IMG/VR virus record: IMGVR_UViG_3300017783_000017
Coordinates: 1 to 60,167 of that record
Strand: one strand, 5' to 3'
Source of the DNA: a virus
Taxonomy: Duplodnaviria; Caudoviricetes
DNA length: 60,167 nt
Positions within the stretch are counted from its first letter, which is position 1, and each line of letters begins with the position of its first letter. The notes under the pieces are model-generated. The model had not been told where the DNA came from. It ran no database searches and worked only from the letters and a program-made list of their open reading frames with translations. Positions 46,466 to 57,200 of the stretch are shown here, in pieces. The translations under genes and the position numbers were made by a program.

Positions 46466-47458
46466 ATGGCAAATTTATCAGACATAGTAGCATCAAGAGC
46501 GGCATACGTAGGCGGCACAGAAACTAACTTAGAAGACGGCGAAATTTATGTATGGGTCGGTACACACGACGAAAACGAAGCATTCCGTTGTAATATATGT
46601 TGGCAGCCAGGCGTAGCAGGAACTGCAACTATAGAAATATGGGGAGCAGGTGGTACTGGTTCAAAACAATGCTGTTGTGCTAACAATGTTCCAGCAAACT
46701 CAGGCTCATATGCAAGAATGACTGTTGATATGAATTCAAGTGATTGTGTTTGTGGATTTGTCGGAATGAGTTGCAGGCACAACGACGGATTGTGCTTTGA
46801 AGGATGTAGTCAAGCTACATGTATTAGAGTAGAACACCTTGGAGGATGTACATGTATGTGTGCGCAAGGTGGGCAAGGTGCAAGAGTGCATTGTAGTACA
46901 AGTACAGCAATTGCATGTTGCTTTGGGTCACAGTATGGACTATATTGTTCGTACACAAATGACTATTGTAGATTATATTGTAACTGTTGTTGGAATCAGT
47001 GGGGTTGTTCAAACATTGCTGGATCAATGACAGGAGTAAGTAACAACGTATGTAAACCAAGTAGATGGGGCTGTGTATGTTTTTATCATTGTAATGCATG
47101 TTGTGACTGTACACATGTTTATTATGTTCCAACAGCGCCAGCAACATTTGCAACAGAAGGTGCAACAATTATTTACACAGGTATTGGTGATACTGTACAA
47201 CAGGTTAAACCAGGTAGTGGAATAGGTAATGTAATTGCAGGATTGGCAGCCGCTTCAAGAGGTGGTATGCATGGTCATACAAATGCACACTGTTGGAACA
47301 GCAACAGAGGTTGTGGTTGTTACATTAACTGGCAGTGTGCTACATATCTTCCATACGGAATGGCCGGATTTGGCACACACGTATGTAGTAGCGTAAGAGA
47401 CTATGGACACAGAGGAGGCCCGGGTGCAATCAGAATTAAATTTAAACCGAGCACATAA
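46466..47458 (+). CDS. Cys/Gly-rich fibre-like protein, paralog 2
   Basis: Same architecture. About 35 Cys in 330 aa by hand count. Confidence 0.65.
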   Translation: MANLSDIVASRAAYVGGTETNLEDGEIYVWVGTHDENEAFRCNICWQPGVAGTATIEIWGAGGTGSKQCCCANNVPANSGSYARMTVDMNSSDCVCGFVGMSCRHNDGLCFEGCSQATCIRVEHLGGCTCMCAQGGQGARVHCSTSTAIACCFGSQYGLYCSYTNDYCRLYCNCCWNQWGCSNIAGSMTGVSNNVCKPSRWGCVCFYHCNACCDCTHVYYVPTAPATFATEGATIIYTGIGDTVQQVKPGSGIGNVIAGLAAASRGGMHGHTNAHCWNSNRGCGCYINWQCATYLPYGMAGFGTHVCSSVRDYGHRGGPGAIRIKFKPST

Positions 47459-47470
47459 GGAGCAGAACTA

Positions 47471-48448
47471 ATGGCAAGATTAAAAGATTTAGTTAAAAGC
47501 AGAGAACCGTTCGGTCCAAGCTCGGGAAATGAAACGAACTTAGACGATGGTTACATCTGGACATGGACACAAGTTCATTGTAGCTGTTTCCAATATGGAA
47601 CATTCTGGCATGCGCCAGGAAACGGCACAGCAACTATAGAAGTATGGGGCGGCGCAGGCGGCTCAGCACAGATGTGCTGTTGTGGAGGAATGGTACCAGG
47701 TAACGCTCCAGCATACAGTAAGAAAACAATAGATACAACATCAAGTACATGCGTTTGCGGATGTATAGGTAAAGCATGTTCACATGGTGATGCATTGTGT
47801 TTTGTAGGATGTAGTGCATCTTCAGGCATGTGTTACAACAATAGTCCAAGCATGGGCAACGGTTGTATGTGTGCGCAAGGCGGACGTTCAGCAGTTTCAA
47901 TATGCCACGAAAACAGTGGTAGTGCAATGTGTTGCTTAGGTAACAACGGAAGTTTATGTATTACAAATTTACCAGGATTTAGTAGCGGATGCGGCGTAGT
48001 ATGTAACGCACCAACCTGGGCAAATGCAAGTGCATATGGTGGAGATATTAACTGTCAAGGCTGTTACAGTAAAGTATTCTTCTGTCATTGTAATGCACTA
48101 TGTTGGCATCAAACATCTTATGAAATTTATTCCCCTGCAGGAATGTATGGACCAGATCCGGCAGTGTTTTGTTTACGTAGCGAGTGCGCTCATGCTTGTA
48201 AAGGCGGAGCTCCGCGTTTTAGTTACTGGCATTCACTGGGCGGAATAAAAAGACAACCATCACCCGTCCAATGGGAAGGTTCGTGCTATCAAAGCGGATC
48301 ATACTGTGGTTGTTACGAACAGCAAGGGTGTGTAGATTTTTGGCCACCCGGCATGCCTGGATTAGGTGGAACACCTTGTTCAAGCGTAAGAGATCACGGA
48401 AGTCGTGGAGGACACGGCTTCTTGAAAATAACATGGAAACCAAGCTAA
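47471..48448 (+). CDS. Cys/Gly-rich fibre-like protein, paralog 3
   Basis: Same architecture. About 33 Cys by hand count. Confidence 0.65.
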   Translation: MARLKDLVKSREPFGPSSGNETNLDDGYIWTWTQVHCSCFQYGTFWHAPGNGTATIEVWGGAGGSAQMCCCGGMVPGNAPAYSKKTIDTTSSTCVCGCIGKACSHGDALCFVGCSASSGMCYNNSPSMGNGCMCAQGGRSAVSICHENSGSAMCCLGNNGSLCITNLPGFSSGCGVVCNAPTWANASAYGGDINCQGCYSKVFFCHCNALCWHQTSYEIYSPAGMYGPDPAVFCLRSECAHACKGGAPRFSYWHSLGGIKRQPSPVQWEGSCYQSGSYCGCYEQQGCVDFWPPGMPGLGGTPCSSVRDHGSRGGHGFLKITWKPS

Positions 48449-48460
48449 GGAGTATATAAC

Positions 48461-49126
48461 ATGGCAAGAGATTTTACTATTAATATCCCTGATGAGCCTT
48501 TCAAGTCTACCTTTGATGACGGAAAAACACATACCGTAACTTATACAGGTCCAAGGTACGTTGTTATCTCCGTTGACCCAAACGATAGTAACAAAGTAAA
48601 AGGCATAGAAGGTGAATCAAACGATGCGGCAGATATCAATATTGACGAGTACGTTGATGATAACTGGGACCATTATATGGTCGACGCATACAAAGATGAT
48701 AACACATTACTGCATATTTCAAGATTGAGTAATGCTTATTTGTGTCAAACTGAAATTGACAACTACGTGGAGGCAATTCCAGGTGGCGACGGTTCATTAG
48801 AATATGATTACGATTATCCGGAAGAAAGCATATTAGGTGCTATCTACAAATATCCGCAAAATATGACATACAATCCTGGAACAAAAGAATTTGGTGGCTT
48901 ACAATTAATTGAGCCAGCATGTACCAGAGATGAAATTGTAGGTAATCATCCTGATCGTATTGCAGAAATCGATGCAGAACTTGCTGACACAGCAGGTCAA
49001 CCGCAATCATGGATAGATGAGCTGAACGCAGTAAAAACATGGTATCAAAATTTTGATAGTGTGTACGGTTCAACTGATCACTGGAAAATTCCATATCCAG
49101 CAATTCCGCCAAGACCTTTTAATTAA
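48461..49126 (+). CDS. Putative fibre assembly chaperone
   Basis: Acidic 221-aa protein after the fibre paralogs, ending W...L...W...WKIPYP..P like tail fibre assembly proteins. Confidence 0.45.
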   Translation: MARDFTINIPDEPFKSTFDDGKTHTVTYTGPRYVVISVDPNDSNKVKGIEGESNDAADINIDEYVDDNWDHYMVDAYKDDNTLLHISRLSNAYLCQTEIDNYVEAIPGGDGSLEYDYDYPEESILGAIYKYPQNMTYNPGTKEFGGLQLIEPACTRDEIVGNHPDRIAEIDAELADTAGQPQSWIDELNAVKTWYQNFDSVYGSTDHWKIPYPAIPPRPFN

Positions 49127-49209
49127 GTTTTAGCAGAACCAAAAACAATAACGCTTTTGATTGGTGCCTATAAGTAACTGTGTAATAACACAAACTTATA
49201 GGATACCAA

Positions 49210-50151
49210 ATGAAATCAAAAGCGTTTTTTGTGAATGGCGGTTACGGTCGCGTACTATGCTCTATACCTGCATTTGAAAAATATCTTGAAGAAAATAAGG
49301 ATGACGATTTTATCATTGTTTGCGAAGGCGGAACTGATGCATTCAAAGGTCACCCGGATTTAGACGAACGTGCTTACGATCACTGGCACAAAAACTTATT
49401 CAAAGAAAAAATTAAAGACAGAGAAATTGTCACTACAGAACCGTATAGAATATACGAATATTACAATCAAGAATGTAGTTTAGCTCAAGCCTTTGATATT
49501 CAAATCAACAACAAAGGTGTAAGAGATTTACCTCCTCCTACTCTACGTCTAAACAAAGACGAAGTGCTTGTTGGAAGAAAACTTGTTCGTGAAGTAAAAG
49601 AAAAACTCAAAAAAGATAAAGTAATTGTTATTCAACCGTTTGGCCGTGGTGTACAAGTAATGGAAAATAATTTTGTAGACCAAAGTAGCAGAAGTATAGA
49701 ATACAAAGACTTAAAAGTTTTAATTAAGCATTGTCAAAAAGAGGGTTTCGGTATTGTGCTAATGTCAGAATTACAATTCGACTTTAGCGGCGATAACTTT
49801 CCAGATGAAATTGCTATGCCAGAAGGCGTAGGTTTAAGACAATGGAGTGCAATTATCAAAGAAGCAGATCACTTCTTAGGTTGTGATAGTGTAGGACAAC
49901 ACATGGCATACATAGGCAAAACTCCATCGACAGTAGTAATAGGATCAACATTTCCAGAAAATGTTTCATATCCAGACTGTGAATTTATGAACATAGTTGA
50001 TCTTGGAATGCACGATAGAGTATACGATCCTATACGTATACAGCCAGACGAATATGTAAATAGGAAAAACGAAGGCATTATGGTTATGACTAAGCCTATA
50101 CATGAATATATAATGAATAACATTTGCGGTAGACCAAACGAAGAAGATTAG
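49210..50151 (+). CDS. GT9-like (heptosyltransferase-fold) glycosyltransferase
   Basis: GG.GR.LCSIPA, IVIQPFG, LRQWSAIIKEADHFLGCDSVGQHMA....P..VV.GST motifs. TATAAGTA promoter at 49169. Confidence 0.7.
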   Translation: MKSKAFFVNGGYGRVLCSIPAFEKYLEENKDDDFIIVCEGGTDAFKGHPDLDERAYDHWHKNLFKEKIKDREIVTTEPYRIYEYYNQECSLAQAFDIQINNKGVRDLPPPTLRLNKDEVLVGRKLVREVKEKLKKDKVIVIQPFGRGVQVMENNFVDQSSRSIEYKDLKVLIKHCQKEGFGIVLMSELQFDFSGDNFPDEIAMPEGVGLRQWSAIIKEADHFLGCDSVGQHMAYIGKTPSTVVIGSTFPENVSYPDCEFMNIVDLGMHDRVYDPIRIQPDEYVNRKNEGIMVMTKPIHEYIMNNICGRPNEED

Positions 50152-50154
50152 TAA

Positions 50155-51060
50155 ATGAAACGGTTATTTGCATTAGGTTGTAGTTTCACAAGTTACGCTT
50201 GGCCGTCTTATGCTGACTTTGCAGGCTTATACTTTGACGAGTACGAAAACTGGGCTTTTCCGGGGCTGGGGAATAGAGCATTATTAGAACGGTTATCAGA
50301 AATTCATGCAACTAAAAATCTTACCAAACAAGACACTGTAATTATACAATGGACTAATCCTTTTAGAAACGACACTCATAAATTTAGTGAAGGTCACTGG
50401 AGAACAAAAGGTAGTATTTTTAATTTTATAAATTCAGATAGATATAATAGAAAATGGTTAGATGAATTTTTTGATGAAAAAAGTTTTTGTTATCACACGC
50501 TTAATAATATACACATTGCAATTCATATGCTTGAAAGTATAGGATGTAAATGGTATTTTACAAGCATGGGTGAAATTAACAAAGCCGGTAGTGATTACAG
50601 AAAAGATGATGTGAGAGATCACGGAGAAGATATTTATACTGGTGAAGATTTGTGGGAAGATAAAGACTTAAAAGTTTATAAAGATAAAATTTATACACCG
50701 TTTAAAGACCATTGGCTAACTCCTGTAGGTTTGTATGCTTGGAAAAGTAAACACGACTGCTATACATTTTTTAATAATCAATATCCTAAAGGTAACACTG
50801 CTAACTGGTTTATTGGATCTAAAGAAGATAGTTACAAAGACACACACCCGTCGATACTACAACACAAAGAATATTTGGATAATATCATTATTCCTGCACT
50901 TGGCTTAGATAGCCAGAACGAACCTACGCAGATCAATAAGTGGATAGATACAGTACAAGAACTTTACACCAAGTGTGGTAGGTCATTTAAATCTTTTACA
51001 AAAAGTATAGATGATGATCACAGAATGAAAAATTGGTACATAAAATATAGAGGTATGTAA
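50155..51060 (+). CDS. SGNH/GDSL-like hypothetical protein
   Basis: RLFALGCSFT, G.GN, IIQWT...R, D.HP motifs. Confidence 0.5.
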   Translation: MKRLFALGCSFTSYAWPSYADFAGLYFDEYENWAFPGLGNRALLERLSEIHATKNLTKQDTVIIQWTNPFRNDTHKFSEGHWRTKGSIFNFINSDRYNRKWLDEFFDEKSFCYHTLNNIHIAIHMLESIGCKWYFTSMGEINKAGSDYRKDDVRDHGEDIYTGEDLWEDKDLKVYKDKIYTPFKDHWLTPVGLYAWKSKHDCYTFFNNQYPKGNTANWFIGSKEDSYKDTHPSILQHKEYLDNIIIPALGLDSQNEPTQINKWIDTVQELYTKCGRSFKSFTKSIDDDHRMKNWYIKYRGM

Positions 51061-51063
51061 TAT

Positions 51064-52848
51064 ATGAGTAATACAGGATACATCGCAGCCATAACAAGAG
51101 GTCACAACGCTGGCGTATGCTTGCTTAAAGATGGTGAAATTGTATTTGCTATTGAAGAAGAACGTTTTTCAAGACACAAATATGATGGAGGCCCATATGC
51201 AAGTATGGTTAAAATATTAGAATACACAGACAAAATTGATTATCTGGTAGTAGCACACACCCAATCTTTAGCTGAAACAGCAGGACGAGTTGACTTTACT
51301 GGCGATGATGTGTATACTGGTTTAGCACGTAAATTAGGATTAATAAGTAGAAAAGAAAATCCATACGAGCATCCGCAAGTGGTAGATCTCAGTCATATGC
51401 ACCATAGACTGCACGTTGCATGTGCTTTTTATAGAAGTGGTTTTGAAACAGCCGCTGGCGTTATTATAGACGGCGCTGGAACTTTTATTCCATTAAGTAT
51501 GAACAACGAAGAAACGACAGGGTGGGAAACCGAAACTTTATATTCTTGTGCTTATCCAAATGACTTGAACACAATTTGGAAACACATTGGTATTAGAGGA
51601 CCTGCTATCGGCGGCGAAGTTGAAGCTGTAGATGAGATGGGCGGCAAATATCCTGCATTTGTAAATGAAAGAGCAGGCTTGGTAAAAGCCTATGAAGCAG
51701 TTACAGAATATTGTGGATTTAGTGCCATCGAAGCAGGCAAAACAATGGGCTTATTTCCATATGGCAAAGAAAACGACGGTATACCAAAAATTTATGACAG
51801 AACCAGCGTTATTCCATTAGTCAATAGAAATTTAATTATACCAACATATCCTAACTCGGGCAAAGTAAATTCTTTATCATTTGATGCGCTGAAACAGAAT
51901 CCAGACGAAAATGAAGATGCTACAAAGATGCAAAATAGAAGAGATATGGCTTACGCTGTACAAACACAAACACAACAAAGAGCATTAGAATTAATTTTAC
52001 AAGCAGTTGAAATGACTGGAGAAAAAAATGTTGTAGTAAGCGGTGGGTATGGTTTAAACTGTGTTGCAAATTATTTTTACTTAGACAAATTAAAAGACAT
52101 GGGTATTAATTTATACGTAGAACCTATTTCAAATGACGCAGGCACAGCAATAGGCGCGGCATTAATGTTCCATAGATCTCTAACACAAGATGAGTCAGTT
52201 TTAGAAAGAAGCGACGATTTGTATCTTGGACCAAAGTACAATATAGACACCAAAGAAGTTTATGCAATTTCTAAACAATACAAAGCAGATGTAACAGATG
52301 CAACAAATGAAGACGTAATAAAATTAATTACTGATAAAAATATTGTAGCAGTATACCAAGGCCGTTCTGAAAATGGACCACGTGCATTAGGCAATAGAAG
52401 CATACTATACGATCCAACAGACCCTAATGGTAAAGAACATGTAAACATGGTAAAACGTAGAGAATATTTTAGACCATTTGCAGGTAGTATATTAGAAGAA
52501 GATGTACACGAATGGTTTGATTTACGTGGTATGGAAAGCTCACCTACAATGATGTATGCTGTAAACTGTCAGCCTGGTGTTGAAGAAAAGATTCCTGCTA
52601 TTATTCATGTAGACGGAACTTGCCGTATACAAACTGTAAATAGGGAACAAAATGAAAATTATTATGACCTTATAAAAGCATTTAAAGATGCTACAGGTTG
52701 TCCTATAATTTTCAACACAAGTTTTAACTTAGGTGGCGAACCTTTAGTTGAAACACTTGAAGATGCACTATGGACTTTACAGCAAAGTGATATTGAATAC
52801 TTGTACCTTCCTGAACATAATAAATTACTTACTATCCTAAATGATTAA
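51064..52848 (+). CDS. O-carbamoyltransferase (NodU/CmcH/TobZ family)
   Basis: EEERFSR.K, HH..H, DGAG, GKTMGL, SGG..LNCVAN, DAG.AIGAA, GPRALGNRS, KRRE.FRPFA, HVDGT.R.QTV, NTSFN motifs. Confidence 0.92.
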   Translation: MSNTGYIAAITRGHNAGVCLLKDGEIVFAIEEERFSRHKYDGGPYASMVKILEYTDKIDYLVVAHTQSLAETAGRVDFTGDDVYTGLARKLGLISRKENPYEHPQVVDLSHMHHRLHVACAFYRSGFETAAGVIIDGAGTFIPLSMNNEETTGWETETLYSCAYPNDLNTIWKHIGIRGPAIGGEVEAVDEMGGKYPAFVNERAGLVKAYEAVTEYCGFSAIEAGKTMGLFPYGKENDGIPKIYDRTSVIPLVNRNLIIPTYPNSGKVNSLSFDALKQNPDENEDATKMQNRRDMAYAVQTQTQQRALELILQAVEMTGEKNVVVSGGYGLNCVANYFYLDKLKDMGINLYVEPISNDAGTAIGAALMFHRSLTQDESVLERSDDLYLGPKYNIDTKEVYAISKQYKADVTDATNEDVIKLITDKNIVAVYQGRSENGPRALGNRSILYDPTDPNGKEHVNMVKRREYFRPFAGSILEEDVHEWFDLRGMESSPTMMYAVNCQPGVEEKIPAIIHVDGTCRIQTVNREQNENYYDLIKAFKDATGCPIIFNTSFNLGGEPLVETLEDALWTLQQSDIEYLYLPEHNKLLTILND

Positions 52849-52862
52849 CGGTTAAAGATTCT

Positions 52863-52870
52863 GATAAATA
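52863..52870 (+). promoter_or_regulatory. Late promoter GATAAATA
   Basis: Consensus upstream of 52894. Confidence 0.7.
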
Positions 52871-52893
52871 CTTTGTATTAGGATCTAAACCAT

Positions 52894-53289
52894 ATGAGCA
52901 TATTAAACTACTTTCTACGTGGAAAGAGCAACACATTAATCATAAAGAACAACGGTGGGTTTACTCACTCGGGTCCTTGGGCAAGCCTAAGCGACAGCGT
53001 TGTTGTTGATAGATGGTACTTAGGTGATTTCATTTCAGTAGACTATACAATTAGTGTAGACTTAGACGCAAACAATAAAGAAATGGTTAAATTTATGGTT
53101 ACTGCAACTATGAATGATGCCAACATGGTAGAATATGCACGTAGCACAACAGGTACACAGCTAATCACATTAAATGCACAAGTTAACAATTCGTATGTAA
53201 ACATAATTGCAAGTCCTGCAATTCCTTTAGCTAAAGGTGCCAAATATATTTTTAGCACAGAGCGATATACAGGAGCAAGCATACTATGA
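52894..53289 (+). CDS. Hypothetical virion protein
   Basis: 131-aa beta-rich ORF under a late promoter. Confidence 0.55.
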   Translation: MSILNYFLRGKSNTLIIKNNGGFTHSGPWASLSDSVVVDRWYLGDFISVDYTISVDLDANNKEMVKFMVTATMNDANMVEYARSTTGTQLITLNAQVNNSYVNIIASPAIPLAKGAKYIFSTERYTGASIL

Positions 53290-54212
53290 CCAGAGCATTA
53301 TCTAACGCAACACAAACACCGTTCCAATCAGGGTTTGGTTTTTCCAGTCCTGGGTTTAGTGTAGACTCTGCAGGTAATATTATTGCGGCAAGTTTTAATA
53401 TTGCAGACACAGATAGTGGTATAGTTGTTGATTACACATTTTATGACAGTGGCGGGTTTTTTGGAACAGTAGAAGGACAATTTGATAATCCAGAACTAAC
53501 ATTAGAAAGAGGTAAAAGTTATAATATTGCTCTTTCATTAACTGATTTTCAGTTTTGGATTAGACAACTTGATACAGATCCAGAAGCAGAAGAAGGAGCT
53601 CAAATACCATACAACGACGGACTTACGCATAGTGGCGGCGGCGTTGGAGTAGGAGCGCAAGGTAAAACTTCTGGAACGTTAAAGTTTACAGTGCCGTTGA
53701 ATGCACCTGATACATTATACTATGCAAGTGCCTCTACAGCAGGCACAACGGTTGTAATAAACATTATAAATCCTACAGGAATATTTGGTTCATTACAAGT
53801 AACAAATTCAACACAAGCAACTGGACAAAATACTGGTGCAGTGCAACTTGCAGGCGGTATGTCTGTAGCAAAAAATATAAGTGTAGCAGGACAAATAAAA
53901 CTTGACGGTGTAGGAATACCCGACTTAATATCAAACACAAATTTAAACTTTGGTGCGGCAAATAAAGTAATCATCAAAATGGATGGTACTTCTATAGGCT
54001 ATATTGATAGCGACGGAATTTCAGCACCAATTAACAGTAGTGCAATAACAAATAGTACAATAGATAACACAACTATCGGAGCAATTACTCCGAGCACAGC
54101 AGCCTTTACATCGGCAAGTGTATCGACAAGCCCGCTAAATACTACTGATATAGCGAATAAAAATTATGTAGATCTTCAAGCGATCTCATTCTCAATAGCA
54201 TTTGGATTGTAA
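53286..54212 (+). CDS. Virion/fibre-like protein with a degenerate cupredoxin-like domain
   Basis: NP.LTL.RG..Y, F.VPLNAPDTLYY, G..GG.SVAKN, ANK.YVD motifs. Confidence 0.6.
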   Translation: MTRALSNATQTPFQSGFGFSSPGFSVDSAGNIIAASFNIADTDSGIVVDYTFYDSGGFFGTVEGQFDNPELTLERGKSYNIALSLTDFQFWIRQLDTDPEAEEGAQIPYNDGLTHSGGGVGVGAQGKTSGTLKFTVPLNAPDTLYYASASTAGTTVVINIINPTGIFGSLQVTNSTQATGQNTGAVQLAGGMSVAKNISVAGQIKLDGVGIPDLISNTNLNFGAANKVIIKMDGTSIGYIDSDGISAPINSSAITNSTIDNTTIGAITPSTAAFTSASVSTSPLNTTDIANKNYVDLQAISFSIAFGL

Positions 54213-54215
54213 TAA

Positions 54216-57200
54216 ATGGCAAAGACACTAATACAAGATTATAAATTTAAACCGGGTTTAGGAGCATTAGAAAATCTTTATCCTAATGCATATGACTTAT
54301 TATCCAACAACAAAGAATTTATACAAAAAGAATCGGCAGCCTGGATAGCACTACAAGTTAGTCAAGGTGCAACAGGATTTGTTGGTTACACTTACAATAC
54401 AGAAAAGTGTGAAAGAGATGTTGGCTATAATGTTGATGCATGGCTAAAATGTTTACGCTACGGCGGTAACAAGCCACTTTATGATATTGTAAAATATTAT
54501 TGGGACGGGGATACTCCACAAGTTGACGGAGATAGACAACCTGAAATTCTAACATATTCATTTATAAATTCTTTAATTACAAGTTTTATTTTAACAAATA
54601 CAGCTTACGGTAGTATAAATGGTAGTGTAACACAAACTATTGATGCTACTAAGACATCTGAATCAACCGCAATAACTACAATGACAACTTTAATTACACA
54701 GACGTCAAGTGTTATTGCTAATGGATTATCAGCATTTGGAACAATTACTGATACTGGTTTAGGGTATATTAAGTTTATGGGCAACCATACTTTAGCAGAT
54801 ATATTACTTGTAACAAACACAACAAAAAATGAAATAATATATAATTTTGCATCGCAAACTACTGGCGGCAAAGCACTTGTAAAGACAGATACATTTGGTT
54901 ACAAAGACGAAGATTTTGCAAAGTATACGCAAAAAACTGATCAAATTACAACATTAGAATTTAATTATAGTACGTCTACACATTCCGCTACTGACGAATT
55001 ACAAGTATTCATAGAAAAAACAGAGAACGGAAATAGTCAAGTTATAACAAGACCATTTGATTTTGGTACTGATGCTATTGAACGTTTGCGTGTTGCACAA
55101 CCATTATCAATGCTTGATGCTGACTTTGAGTACGGACTACAGCCTACTAAGTGGGCGGCAATTGCTACACTTAGAGGTTATCCTTCTGTATATGAATTAG
55201 CAGGTACAGATACACCGGTACAAAGTGTTACAACAGATGCAAGTGCTGGTTCATCTGGTATTGGTGCTTCATTGATTACAGTTACTACAACTGCCGCACA
55301 CGGTTTTGAAGTAGGACAGGCTATTACTATCAAAGCGTTAGAAAATAGTGTTGCAGGTGCGGCAAGAGCAGAAGGTAGTTTTATTATTACTACAGTGCCG
55401 AGTACAATTACTTTCCAATTTTATGCAAAATCTAAAGTTGGCTCAAGTAACGGCGAGGTATTATCAACTACATATACACAATTACGTGAAGCTAATTTTT
55501 ACACAGGTGCTACTATTAGTTCTGATCCAACATTTACTGTTGCAAGTAACGGTTACTCAGGAACAATATTTCCAGAATTAGATAACCCTACAGGATCAAC
55601 ATTAATTACATTTGATGGATTTAGTCCTGCAATTGGTGCTCCGTTAATAGGAACAGGTCTTGTTACTGGTACACAGGTTACAAATATAACTGATATATCA
55701 AACGGTGGCGGCCGCTATATGACAGTAAGCGTAGTAGGTGATTATAGTACAGGCGATAATGTTATTACTTTAGAGGATGCTACAGGCGTAGTTGACAACT
55801 TAGGTTTAGACAGAGGTGACGGTACAGCAACATTTATTCAAAGTGTTGACTTTGGCGCAACAGATACTATTACACTGACCAGTAGTGTACAGGGTAATAT
55901 TATTGGTAACAAGACAACTTATACATCTGTTAGCGGCGACAATGTAAACAGTAACGGTTTGTTTGCAGAATTTGATATTTCAAGATCAAATGAAGTTTAC
56001 ACAGTTGATGCTGTATCCAGAGGTGGTGAAAACTATAATGAAGGTGATAGATTAAGAATATCAGGCTCCCAATTAGGCGGTACTACACCAGCAAACGATT
56101 TAATATTAGTTGTAACAGAAACATTTTCCGATGGTGGTGTATTAACTGTAGATGTAGAAGGTACAGCATATGATGGCGAAGGAACATTCAACGCATTGCA
56201 ACCAATAGTAAATGGTGGTACAGGTTTTGGGTGCTCTTTTGATATTGCATACACAAATAACGCATATGCCGTAACACTTGATTTACCAGGATCAGGATAT
56301 ACTTTAAATGATAGACTTTTAGTAAATGGACCTATATTAGGTGGCGATACAACAAACAACTTAATAATCACAGTGACAGGTGTTGGTGCAAGTGGAGAAA
56401 TAACTACAATTACATCAGCAGGTACTGCTCCAGATGGTAGTGCCTCTTATAACAATCCTGCACAAACATATTCAGGTAGCGGTGTAGATGCTACATTCAA
56501 TATTTCAAGAACCGGTACAACTTATACTGCAACTATACTTACAGCAGGTACAGCATATGTTTCTACAGAAACTATTGTAATCGACGGAGCATTATTAGAT
56601 GGTGTTTCTTCAACAAACGATTGTACAATTACAATTGACAATGTTGGTGGTGCGGGAGAAATAACACTTATAAGTGTATCAGGTACAGCAGTAAATACAG
56701 GTTCGAATCCAGACATAACGCCGAGTAACTTAGTTGGTAATGGTGGTACTTTTAATATAACATCAAGTGGCGGCACATATAATGTTACTATTGACAATGG
56801 TGGTGTAGATTACGGTCCTTCACAAACATTTACAATCCTTGGTAACCTATTATCAGGCGAAACTCCTACGCACGATGCAACTATTACTATCAACACAGCT
56901 GATGCATCAGGCACAATAACCGGAGTAAATATTTCAGGTACAGCAAATGGAGACACAGCTTCTTACACAAGTGTTACAACTGAAATACAGCAACCAGCAG
57001 GTACAAATGCATTATTTAATGTTTTAAGAGACACTGAAGATTCATCAGCATTTTACAATACAACTATAGCGTCAGGCGGCGCAGATTATGCAATCGGTAA
57101 CACAATAAAAATTGAAGGCGATAGCTTAGGTGGTGTTGCTCCGTTAAATGATTTGACATTACAAGTCACAGGCGTAGACGAATCTGGAGCAATTACATCA

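Noticed and set aside
45474-48448. Cys-rich paralogs as diversity-generating retroelement targets
   Set aside because: No reverse transcriptase and no near-identical template/variable repeat pair were seen. The paralogs are diverged throughout.
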